A stretch of DNA of 64,000 nt from Balanoglossus misakiensis (Eukaryota > Animalia > Hemichordata), in the NCBI GenBank assembly GCA_040954595.2, contig CM082588.2:6522202-6586201 (forward strand). Direction: 5' to 3'. The notes under the pieces are model-generated. The model was not told the DNA's origin. It searched no databases and saw only the letters and a list, made by a program, of their open reading frames with translations. Both the position numbers and the translations under genes were made by a program. Below are positions 48,201 through 60,200 of the stretch, piece after piece (within the stretch, counting starts at the first letter, position 1; every line of letters starts with the position of its first letter).

Positions 48201-51200
48201 CTAATTCCAGGCTAACCAATAGGGCTATAGGTTTGGTTTTTGTTGAACATGGACCAGTATAGGGTCAAAATTTCTTGCCCAAATTTTGCATGACCTCAGG
48301 TGACCTTTGACCCACTTTACCATATCTTGGCATCCAGAGCAGATATGCTTATTGCTATGTTGCTATGTGCTATGTGATATGTTGGCTTGGGCCCGCTATT
48401 GCTGCTTGCAGCTATATTTAGGGCCCAAGCGCAAGCCAGCGCTTGGGCCCTATTGGTTTCGTTGGGGTTTTTAGGGCACAAGCCAAGCAGGCTTGTGCCC
48501 TATTGGTATTACTGGCTTTTTAGGGCCCAAGCCCAGCAGGCTTGGGCCCTATTGTTTTTACTGGAGTTTTTCTTTTTCTTCTTCTTCTGTCGTTTTTTTG
48601 GTCAGCTAGATCTGGAAAACGGCTAAACCTACCAATTTCGAACTTGGCACAATGGTGCAGGCCAATGAGAGCTGGTGCAGTACCCTTGTGAATGTTTAAT
48701 TAGTCACGTGACCTGATTACCATATATGGGCAAAATTTTCAAATCGGCCTTATTTGCATATGAATGGAGATATCAAAATTCTTTTAGCAACTTTTGTGGA
48801 CCATGTGGTCAGTATCCTACATGCCAAATGTCAAGGACATTGGCCATGCCAATTTTGAGAAGAAGATTTTTAAGTATTATTTTTCATATTTTTTTACCAA
48901 GCCATGGGCCTATACTTTCCATAGTAAAGCTAAGACCACATATTATTTTGGATAAATATGCATACATATCTCAAAATCTGTTTGGCCAATCATCTCCAAC
49001 TTTGGTGTGCAGCTAGCCTAGCATTTGTCAATAATTTTAAGCGAAAAAAAATAGTATGAAAAATCGACCGATTTTTTTATATTAATTTTTTTATGAAATT
49101 TATACCTTTAATTATACCTCTATGGTTAAGTATGGAAAGCCATAACTGCCTTAAGTGAACTGAACTCATGTTCTCTTGTGCATTTAACATGTTGTCTTGT
49201 ACATTTAACATGTTTTCTTGTGCATTTAACATGTTTTCTTGTGCATTTCATATATGGTCCTGCGCATTTAACATGTTGTCTTGTGCATTTCATATATGGT
49301 CCTGCGCATTTAACATGTTGTCTTGTGCATTTCATATTGTCTTGTGCATTTAACATGTTTTCTTGTGCATTTATGTATGCTGTCCTGTCCATTTAACATG
49401 TTGTCCTGTGCATTTCTATATGTTGTCTTGTCCATTTATATACGTTGTCTTGTCCATTCATATTGGTTGTCTTGTCCATTCCTAGACATTGTCTTGTGCA
49501 TTTCTATATGTTGTGGTGTGCCTTTAACATGTTTTCCTATTCATTTCTATATGTTGTCTTGTCCATTCATATACATTGTCTTGTGCATTTCTATATGTTG
49601 TCGTGTGCCTTTAACATGTTGTCCTGTTCGTTTCTATATGTTGTCTTGTCCATTCATATACATTGTCTTGTGCATTTCTATATGTTGTCTTGTCCATTCA
49701 TATACGTTGTCTTGTGCATTTCTATATGTTGTCTTGTGCATTTCTATATGTTTTCGTGTGCCTTTAACATGTTGTCCTGTTCATTTCTATATGTTGTCTT
49801 GTCCATTTCTATATGTTGTCTTGTCCATTTATATACGTTGTCTTGTCCATTCATATTGGTTGTCTTGTCCATTCCTAGACATTGTCTTGTGCATTTCTAT
49901 ATGTTTTCGTGTGCCTTTAACATGTTTTCCTATTCATTTCTATATGTTGTCTTGTCCATTCATATACATTGTCTTGTGCATTTCTATATGTTGTCGTGTG
50001 CCTTTAACATGTTGTCCTGTTCGTTTCTATATGTTGTCTTGTCCATTCATATACATTGTCTTGTGCATTTCTATATGTTGTCTTGTCCATTCATATACGT
50101 TGTCTTGTGCATTTCTATATGTTGTCTTGTGCATTTCTATATGTTTTCGTGTGCCTTTAACATGTTGTCCTGTTCATTTCTATATGTTGTCTTGTCCATT
50201 CATATACGTTGTCTTGTGCATTTCTATATGTTGTCTTGTCCATTCATATACGTTGTCTTGTGCATTTCTATATGTTGTCTTGTGCATTTCTATATGTTTT
50301 CGTGTGCCTTTAACATGTTGTCCTGTTCATTTCTATATGTTGTCTTGTCCATTTATATACGTTGTCTTGTGCATTTCTATATGTTGTCTTGTCCATTCAT
50401 ATACATTGTCTTGTGCATTTCTATATGTTGTCTTGTCCATTCATATACGTTGTCTTGTGCATTTCTATATGTTGTCCTGTGGTTTTGTACATGTTGTGTG
50501 GTGCATTTAACTTCATTAGAAGAAGATTAACTTCATTAGAAGAAGATCAAGCTGTTCCGGGAGGGCGGTATCCTCCCCCTGGCGGAACAGTTTTGTTTCC
50601 ACAGCTATAAATAGACTGTGGCCTGCAGTCTCCCAAAATATTTGATACATTTACAATGTACATCCGGTGAAAAAGAGAGGGAAAATCTGTAGCACTAAGA
50701 CAAGCACGCGTGTTCGCACAAGGACATTGTATCCTGTCATCATCATCATGGAGGAAATTTTGCGTTCTATGTCATTGTCAACTCTGATACCAAATTTTTT
50801 GCAAGAACGCATTTCCCCGGAAACTGTAGAATCGCTCACTGATCGTGAACTCATAAGATTGGGGGTAGAGACCATGGGACACCGGCATGATCTGCGAAAG
50901 AAGTGTTCACGTGCTGTCGCCCGTGAAGACATGGATCAAGCATCTGCATCGACGCTCCAAGAACATGTTACCGTTTGCAAATTTCGGCAGTTGCCAGTGC
51001 AATGCATGATTTCGAAACCTCCGCATTCACTTAATTGTGGCGATCAGCCACACACAAGACACGGACTGTCCATGTCCGGGCCTTTTTGGCGGTTTTCTTA
51101 CCTCGACCAACAGTACCAGACGGGGCACCAGCCCGCCCACGCCCACCATTGCCTCTGGCGGGGATAAATAACATGTCTCTTTCAGCGTACGGTCTCAGAG

Positions 51201-54200
51201 AGTCTTCCATAGTTGCTAGAAGATGCAGATGCTTGATCCATGTCTTCACGGGCGACAGCACGTGAACACTTCTTTCGCAGATCATGCCGGTGTCCCATGG
51301 TCTCTACCCCCAATCTTATGAGTTCACGATCAGTGAGCGATTCTACAGTTTCCGGGGAAATGCGTTCTTGCAAAAAATTTGGTATCAGAGTTGACAATGA
51401 CATAGAACGCAAAATTTCCTCCATGATGATGATGACAGGATACAATGTCCTTGTGCGAACACGCGTGCTTGTCTTAGTGCTACAGATTTTCCCTCTCTTT
51501 TTCACCGGATGTACATTGTAAATGTATCAAATATTTTGGGAGACTGCAGGCCACAGTCTATTTATAGCTGTGGAAACAAAACTGTTCCGCCAGGGGGAGG
51601 ATACCGCCCTCCCGGAACAGCTTGATCTTCTTCTAATGAAGTTAATCTTCTTCTAATGAAGTTAAATGCACCACACAACATGTACAAAACCACAGGACAA
51701 CATATAGAAATGCACAAGACAACGTATATGAATGGACAAGACAACATATAGAAATGCACAAGACAATGTATATGAATGGACAAGACAACATATAGAAATG
51801 CACAAGACAACGTATATAAATGGACAAGACAACATATAGAAATGAACAGGACAACATGTTAAAGGCACACGAAAACATATAGAAATGCACAAGACAACAT
51901 ATAGAAATGCACAAGACAACGTATATGAATGGACAAGACAACATATAGAAATGCACAAGACAACGTATATAAATGGACAAGACAACATATAGAACTGAAC
52001 AGGACAACATGTTAAAGGCACACGAAAACATATAGAAATGCACAAGACAACATATAGAAATGCACAAGACAACGTATATGAATGGACAAGACAACATATA
52101 GAAATGCACAAGACAATGTATATGAATGGACAAGACAACATATAGAAACGAACAGGACAACATGTTAAAGGCACACGACAACATATAGAAATGCACAAGA
52201 CAATGTATATGAATGGACAAGACAACATATAGAAATGAACAGGAAAACATGTTAAAGGCACACCACAACATATAGAAATGCACAAGACAATGTCTAGGAA
52301 TGGACAAGACAACCAATATGAATGGACAAGACAACGTATATAAATGGACAAGACAACATATAGAAATGCACAGGAAAACATGTTAAAGGCACACGAAAAC
52401 ATATAGAAATGTACAAGACAATGTATATGAATGGACAAGACAACATATAGAAATGAACAGGACAACATATTAAAGGCACACCACAACATATATGAATGGA
52501 CAAGACAACATATAGAAATGCACAGGACAACATGTTAAATGTACAAGACAGCGTGTATGAATGCACAAGACAACATGTTAAATGGACAGGACAGCATACA
52601 TAAATGCACAAGAAAACATGTTAAATGCACAAGACAATATGAAATGCACAAGACAACATGTTAAATGCGCAGGACCATATATGAAATGCACAAGACAACA
52701 TGTTAAATGCGCAGGACCATATATGAAATGCACAAGAAAACATGTTAAATGCACAAGAAAACATGTTAAATGTACAAGACAACATGTTAAATGCACAAGA
52801 GAACATGAGTTCAGTTCACTTAAGGCAGTTATGGCTTTCCATAGTTAAGCTATGTCCATGTCTTATTGTGGAATTCTGGTCTGTGCAATAGTCCTGTACA
52901 GTGACTGTCTTGTGGTCAGTGAGCACAATGGCACCAAAATAGAAGGCACAATTTTAGGCTCACCTGTAACACCTGCTTAACTCATTAATTATGTGCATAC
53001 CTAATTCTGGGATAACTAAGAGGGCTAGAGGTTTCGTTCTTGTGGGACATGGACCAGTATAGGGTCAAAATTTCTTGCCCAAATTTTGGGTGACCTCAGG
53101 TGACCTTTGACCTACTTTCCTATATCTCGGCATCCAGAGCAGGTACAGACTTGGCGTTTGGAGGGTTGGGACTAAAATTGAAAAGCCAAAATGGGGGTCA
53201 CCTGTGACACCTGCATATCTCATTAATTATGTGCATACCTAATTCCAGGCTAACCAATAGGGCTATAGGTTTGGTTTTTGTTAAACATGGACCAGTATAG
53301 GGTCAAAATTTCTTGCCCAAATTTTGTATGACCTCAGGTGACCTTTGACCTACTTTACCATATCTTGGCATCCAGAGCAGGTACAGACTTGGCGTTTGGA
53401 GGGTTGGGACTAAAATTGAAAAGCCAAAATGGGGGTCATCTGTGACACCTGCATATCTGATTAATTATGTGCATACCTAATTCCAGGCTAACCAATAGGG
53501 CTATAGGTTTGGTTTTTATTGAACATGGACCAGTATAGGGTCAAAATTTCTTGCCCAAATTTTGCATGACCTCAGGTGACCTTTGACCTACTTTACCAGA
53601 TCTTGGCATCCAGAGCAGGTACCGACTTGGCGTTTGTAGGGTTGGTACTAAAATTGAAAAGCCAAAATTGGGGGTCACCTGTGACACCTGCCTACCTCGT
53701 TATTTATGTGCATACCTAATTCCAGGCTAACCAATAGGGCTATAGGTTTGGTTTTTGTTGAACATGGACCAGTATAGGGTCAAAATTTCTTGCCCAAATT
53801 TTGCATGACCTCAGGTGACCTTTGACCTACTTTTCCATATCTTGGCATCCAGAGCAGATAAGCTTATTGCTATGTTGCTATGTGCTATGTTGGCTTGGGC
53901 CCGCTATTGCTGCTTGCAGCTATATTTTCTTCTACTTCTTCTTCTTGGGCACTTTTTTCGGCCAGCTAGATCTTGAAAACAGCTAGTCCCACAAATCTCA
54001 ATTTTGGCATAATTGTTCAGGCCTATGAGATATGGTGCAGTACCCTCGTGAATGTTTAATAAGTCATGTGACCTGATGACCATATATGGGCAAAGTTTTC
54101 AAATCGGCCTTATTTGCATATGCATGAAGATATCAAAATTCTTTTAGCAACTTTTACGGACCATATGGCCAGGGTTCTACATGCCAAATATCAAAGCCAT

Positions 54201-57200
54201 AGGCCATGTCAATTTTGAGAAGAAGATTTTTAAGTATTATTTTTCATATTTTTCGACCAAGCCATGGGCCTATACTTTCCATAGTTAAGCTAAGACCACA
54301 TATTATTTTGGATAAATATGCAAACATATCTCAAAATCTGTTGGGCCGATCAAGTCCAAATTTGCTGTGCAGCTAGCCTAGCATTTATCAATCATTTTAA
54401 GCAGAAAAAAATAATATGAAAAATCGACCGATTTTTTTATATTAATTTTTTTATTAAATTTATCCCTTTTCTTATACCTCTATGGTTAAGCTATGTCCAT
54501 GTCTTATTGTGGAATTCTGGTCTGTGCAATAGTCCTGTACAGTGACTGTCTATTGGTCAGTGAGCACAATGGCACCAAAATAAAAGGCAAAATTTTAGGC
54601 TCACCTGTAACACCTGCTTAACTCATTAATTATGTGCATACCTAATTCTGGGCTAACTAAGAGGGCTAGAGGTTTCGTTCTTGTGGGACATGGACCAGTA
54701 TAGGGTCAAAATTTCTTGCCCAAATTTTGGGTGACCTCAGGTGACCTTTGACCTACTTTCCTATATCTCGGCATCCAGAGCAGGTACAGACTTGGCGTTT
54801 GGAGGGTTGGGACTAAAATTGAAAAGCCAAAATGGGGGTCACCTGTGACACCTGTATATCTCATTTATTATGTGCATACCTAATTCCAGGCTAACCAATA
54901 GGGCTATAGGTTTGGTTTTTGTTGAACATGGACCAGTATAGGTTCAAAATTTCTTGCCCAAATTTTGCTTGACCTCGGGTGACCTTTGACCTACTTTACC
55001 AGATCTTGGCATGTAGAGCAGGTACAGACTTGGCGTTTGGATGGTTAGGACTAAAATTGAAAAGCCAAATTGGGGGTTCACCTGTGACACCTGCCTACCT
55101 CATTAATTATGTGCATACCTAATTCCAGGCTAACCAATAGGGCTATAGGTTTGGTTTTTGATGAACATGGACCAGTATAGGGTCAAAATTTCTCGCCCAA
55201 ATTTTGCATGACCTCAGGTGACCTTTGACCTACTTTTCCATATCTTGGCATCCAGAGCAGATATGCTTATTGCTATGTTGCTATGTGCTATGTTGGCTTG
55301 GGCCCGCCATTGCTGCTTGCAGCTATATTTCTTTCTTCTTTCTTTCTTTCTTTATTCTTGTGTCAATTCTTTGTCGCTCTAGATCTCAGACACCGCTGCA
55401 GGTACACTTCTGAAACTTGCTACAGTGGTCAAGGTCAATGAGTAGTCGTGCATTGAACCCTTGAATTTTTAATTAGTCACGTGACCTGGCGGCCATATTG
55501 GATTTTCTGAAAAAATGCAAATCTCAGATCTCAGAAACTACAAGTCAGATCGACTTCAAATTTGGTGTGCAGGTAGTCTACCTTCTACCCATCATTTTTG
55601 TAATTGGATATTTTGCTGTAAATGTTGCAGTTTTTTTGCTACAATTTTTTTTCTGAAATCTGGCTTAAATTTCAAAAATCTTCTTCTCCAGAACCGGTGA
55701 TAACTGAGTCACGCGGTTTGGGGTATGTGGTCACCTAACTGATGTCTATCAAGTTTGCGAAGATCGTTGTGATTGGTCGAAGATTATGGCGGCCATATTG
55801 GATTTTCTAAAAACCATTGTAAAATTTCAAAAATCTTCTTCTCAAGAACGGGCGATAACCGAGTCACAAGATTTGGTGTGTGTGGTCATTAAACAGATGT
55901 CTATCAAGTTTGCGAAGGGGAATGTGATTGGTCGAAGATAATGGCGGCCATATTGGATTTTGTGAAAAACGATTAAAAAGTAAAAATTTCTTTTCTAGCC
56001 TTAAAATTGATAGCACAGAAATTCTTTTTATGGATATGAATCATCATATGACAAGAATAAGCTATAAATATTTTGGTAATTTTGGCAATGACCTTTGACC
56101 TACTTTTGACGCATCATTTTTCTGCATATCTAATTCCAGGCTAACCAATAGGGCTATAAGTTTGGTTTTTGATGTATGTGGATTTGTATGTGATAAAAAA
56201 ATTTTGCTACTTTTCATGACCTCTGGTGACCTCATTAAATATGCGCATACCTAATTGATGATGAACTAATAGACCTAGAGGTTTTGTTTTTGTTATACAT
56301 GGACCAGTATGGGGACAAAATATTTTGCCCAAATGTTGGGTGACCTCGGTTGACCTTTGACCTACTTTTGCATATATCGACATCCACAACAGATACAGCC
56401 TTGACGTTTGGAGGTATGGGGCCATAATGAAAAGCCAAAGTTTTGGGTCACCTGTGACGCCTGCATAACTCATTATTTATGTGCATACCTAATTCCGAGC
56501 TAACCAAAAGGGCTAGAGGTCTGGTTTTTGTTGGACATGGACCACTATGGGTCAAAATTTTCTGCCCAAATTGTGGGTGACCTCTGGGTGACCTTTGACC
56601 TACTTAACACTATATCAACACCAAACATAGATATAACCTTGATATTTCATGGGATAAAACACAGCATTATGGTTCTACTCATTAATGATGTGCATATCTA
56701 ATAATCTGATCAGATAATAGAGCTTGGGCCCGGACAATGCTGCTTGCAGCTTTAATTAGGGCCCAAGCGCAAGCCAGCGCTTGGGCCCTATTGGTTTCGT
56801 TGGGGTTTTTCTTTCTTCTTTAGGGCCCAAGCGCAAGCCAGCGCTTGGGCCCTATTGGTTTCGTTGGGGTTTTTCTTTCTTCTTTCTTTCTTTATTCTTG
56901 TGTCAATTCTTTGTCGCTCTAGATCTCAGACACCACTGCAGGTACACTTCTGAAACTTGCTACAGTGGTCAAGGTCAATGAGTAGTCGTGCATTGAACTC
57001 TTGAATTTTTAATTAGTCACGTGACATGGCGGCCATATTGGATTTTCTGAAAAAATGCAAATCTCAGATCTCAGAAACTACAAGTCAGATTTACTTCAGA
57101 TTTGGTGTGCTGGTAGTGTACCTTCTGCCCATCATTTTTGTAATTGGATATTTTGCTGTCAATGTTGCAGTTTTTTTGCTACAGTTGTTTTTCTGAAATC

Positions 57201-60200
57201 TGGCTTAAATTTCAAAAATCTTCTTCTCCAGAACCAGCGATAACCGAGTCACGCGGTTTGGGGTATGTGGTCACCAAGCTGAGGTCTATCAAGTTTGCGA
57301 AGATCATTGTGATTGGTCGAAGATTATGGCGGCCATATTGGATTTTAAAAAAACCCTAGTAAAATTTCAAAAATCTTCTTCTCAAGAACCGGCGATAACT
57401 GAGTCACAAGATTTGGTGTGTTTGGTCATTAAACAGATGTCTATCAAGTTTGCGAAGAGGAATGTGATTGGTCGAAGATTATGGCGGCCATACTGGATTT
57501 TGTGAAAAACGATTAAAAAGTAAAAATTCCCTTTCTAGCCTAAAAATTGATAGCACAAAAATTCTTTTTACGGATATGAATCATCATATGCCAAGAATAA
57601 GCTATAAATATTTTGGTAATTTTGGCAATGACCTTTGACCTACTTTTGACACATCGTTTTTTCTGCATATCTAATTCCAGGCTAACCTTTAAGGCTATCA
57701 TTTTGGTTTTTGATGTATGTGGATTTGTATGTGATCAAAAAATTTTGCTACTTTTCATGACCCCTTTGACCTCTGCTGACCTCATTAAATATGCACATAC
57801 CTAATTACAGATGAACCAATAGACCTAGAGGTTTTGTTTTTGTTATACATGGACCAGTATGGGGTCAAAATATTTTGCCCAAATGTTGGGTGACCTCGGG
57901 TGACCTTTGACCTACTTAACACTATATCAGCATCAGATCAGATAATAGAGCTTGGGCCCGGACAATGCTGCTTGCAGCTTTAATTATTATTCTTCTTCTT
58001 CTTCTTCTTCTTCCGAGAAATTCGGCCAGGTAGATCTGGAAAACCGCAGCACCTAGGGGGCTGAAACTTGGTAGGGTGATAGGGGCCAATGAGTAGACGT
58101 GCAGTGGCCCGTGAATATTTAATTAGTCATGTGACCTGGCGGCCATATTGGATTTCCTGAAAACCGTTAAATGAGTCCTTCTCAAAAACTACAGGGCCGA
58201 TCGAGTTCAAATTTGGTGTGCAGGTAGCCTACCTTCTGTCCATCATTTTACCCCATTGAAATCATGACGTCATACATAAAGTTTTTTTGCTACAATTGTT
58301 TTTCTGAAAAACTACTTAAAACTTTAAAAATCTTCTTCTCCAGAACCAGCGGTTACCGAGTCTCGGGATTTGGGATATGTGGTCACCTAACCTATGTCTA
58401 TCAAGTTTGCGAAGCGCACTGTGATTGGTCGATCATTATGGCGGCCATGTTGGATTTTCGGAAAACCATTGAAAAATGAAAATACTGTTTTGTAGCCAAA
58501 ATGTTGACAGCACGGAAATTCTTTTTTTGGATATGAGTCATCATATGACCGGAAGTTGTCACAATTTTTCGGGCCAATTTTCACGTGACCTTTGACCCAG
58601 TTTTAAAACAACTAATTATATATGCATATTCCCCATACCTCCTCTTGTAAAAGCACCACAGTCATGAATTTTGTGGACATGGGTACCAATGCTGCCAGGA
58701 CATGACACAAATATTTTGGTAATTTTGGCAATGACCTTTGACCTATTTCTGAAACATCATTTTTCTGCATATCTAATTCCATGCTACCCAATAGGGCTAG
58801 AGGTCTGGTATTGGTTGGACATGGCCCAGTCTGGGGTCAAAATTTTATGCCCTAATTTTGGGTGACCTTGGGTGACCATTGATCTACTTTCCCATATCTC
58901 AGCATCCAGAGCAGTTAGAGCCCTGGCTTTTATGGGTATTGAGCACATAATGGAGTCTTACACAAGACCTCATTAATTATGTGCATACCTAATTGCAGGC
59001 GAACCAATAGGGCTAGGGGTCTGGTTTTTTGTTGGATCTAGACTAGTATGGGGTCCAATTTTTTTGCCCAAATTTGGGGTGACCTCAGGTGACCTTTGAC
59101 CTACTTTCCCATATCTTGGTATCCCCAGCAGATGCAGCCGTGGCATTTGCTGGTCACCATGGGAACTGCTTGTGCCCCCCCAACGCTGCTTGCAGCTTTA
59201 ATTCTTTATTATTAGGGCCCAAGCCCAGCAGGCTTGGGCCCTATTGTTTTTACTGGAGTTTTTCTTCTTCTTCTTGTGCCGTTTTTTTCGTCAAGTACAT
59301 CTTGAAAACGGCTGAACCTACAAATCTCAAACTTGGCACAATGGTGCAGGCCAATGAGAGCATGAGCTGTACCCTTGTGAATGTTTAATAAGTCATGTGA
59401 CCTGATGACCATATTTGGGCAAAATTTTCAAATCGGCCTTATTTGCATATGCATGGAGATATCAAAATTCTTTTAGCAACTTTTGCTGACCATGGGGTCA
59501 TTGTCCTACATGCCAAATTTCAAGGCCATGGGCCATGTCAATTTTGAGAAGAAGATTTTTTAGTATTATTTTTCATATTTTTCGCCCAAGCCATGGGCCT
59601 ATACTTTACATAGTAAAGCTATGACCATATATTATTTTGGATAAATATGCATACATATCTAAAAATCATCTCAAACTTTGGTGTGCAGCTAGCCTAGCAT
59701 TTGTAAATCATTTTAAGCGAAAAAAAATAATATGAAAAATCGACCGATTTTTTTATATTAATTTTTTTTAATTAAATGTATACCTTTTTACTTATACCTC
59801 TATAGTTAAGCTATGTACACGTCTTAGTCTGGAATTCTGGTCTGTGCAACGGTCCTGTACAGTGACTGTCTATTGGGCAGTGAGCACAATGGAACCAAAA
59901 TAACAGGCAAAATTTTGGGCTCACCTGCTTAACTAATGAATTATGTGCATACCTAATTTTGGGCTAACTAATAGGCTGAGAGGTTTTGTTCTTGTGGGAC
60001 ATGGACCAGTATGGGGTCAAAATTTCTTGCCCAAATTTTGGGTGACCTCAGGTGACCTTTCACCTACTTTACCATATCATGGCATCCAGAGCAGGTACAA
60101 ACTTGGCGCTTGCAGGGTTGGGACTAAAATTGAAAAGCCAAAATGGTGGTCACCTGTGACACCTGCATATATCATTAATTATGCGCATACCTAATTCCAA

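Larger units (their letters stand above)
49131..52843. mobile_element. Fold-back IS3EU-like DNA transposon derivative, 3713 bp, 6-bp TSD GTTAAG
   Basis: GTTAAG|TATGGAAAGCCATAACTGCC...GGCAGTTATGGCTTTCCATA|GTTAAG. The empty site TATGGTTAAGCTATGTCC is seen in sister host repeats at about 47563 and 54481. Inverted arms 49131-50950 and 51222-52843. TAY..RTA ends with a 6-bp TSD match the recalled description of IS3EU. Confidence 0.8.

Noticed and set aside
49323-52489. Long Cys/hydrophobic ORFs (395, 361, 275, 230 aa)
   Set aside because: Translations of the stop-poor minisatellite in the transposon arms, open in several frames and mirrored on both strands.
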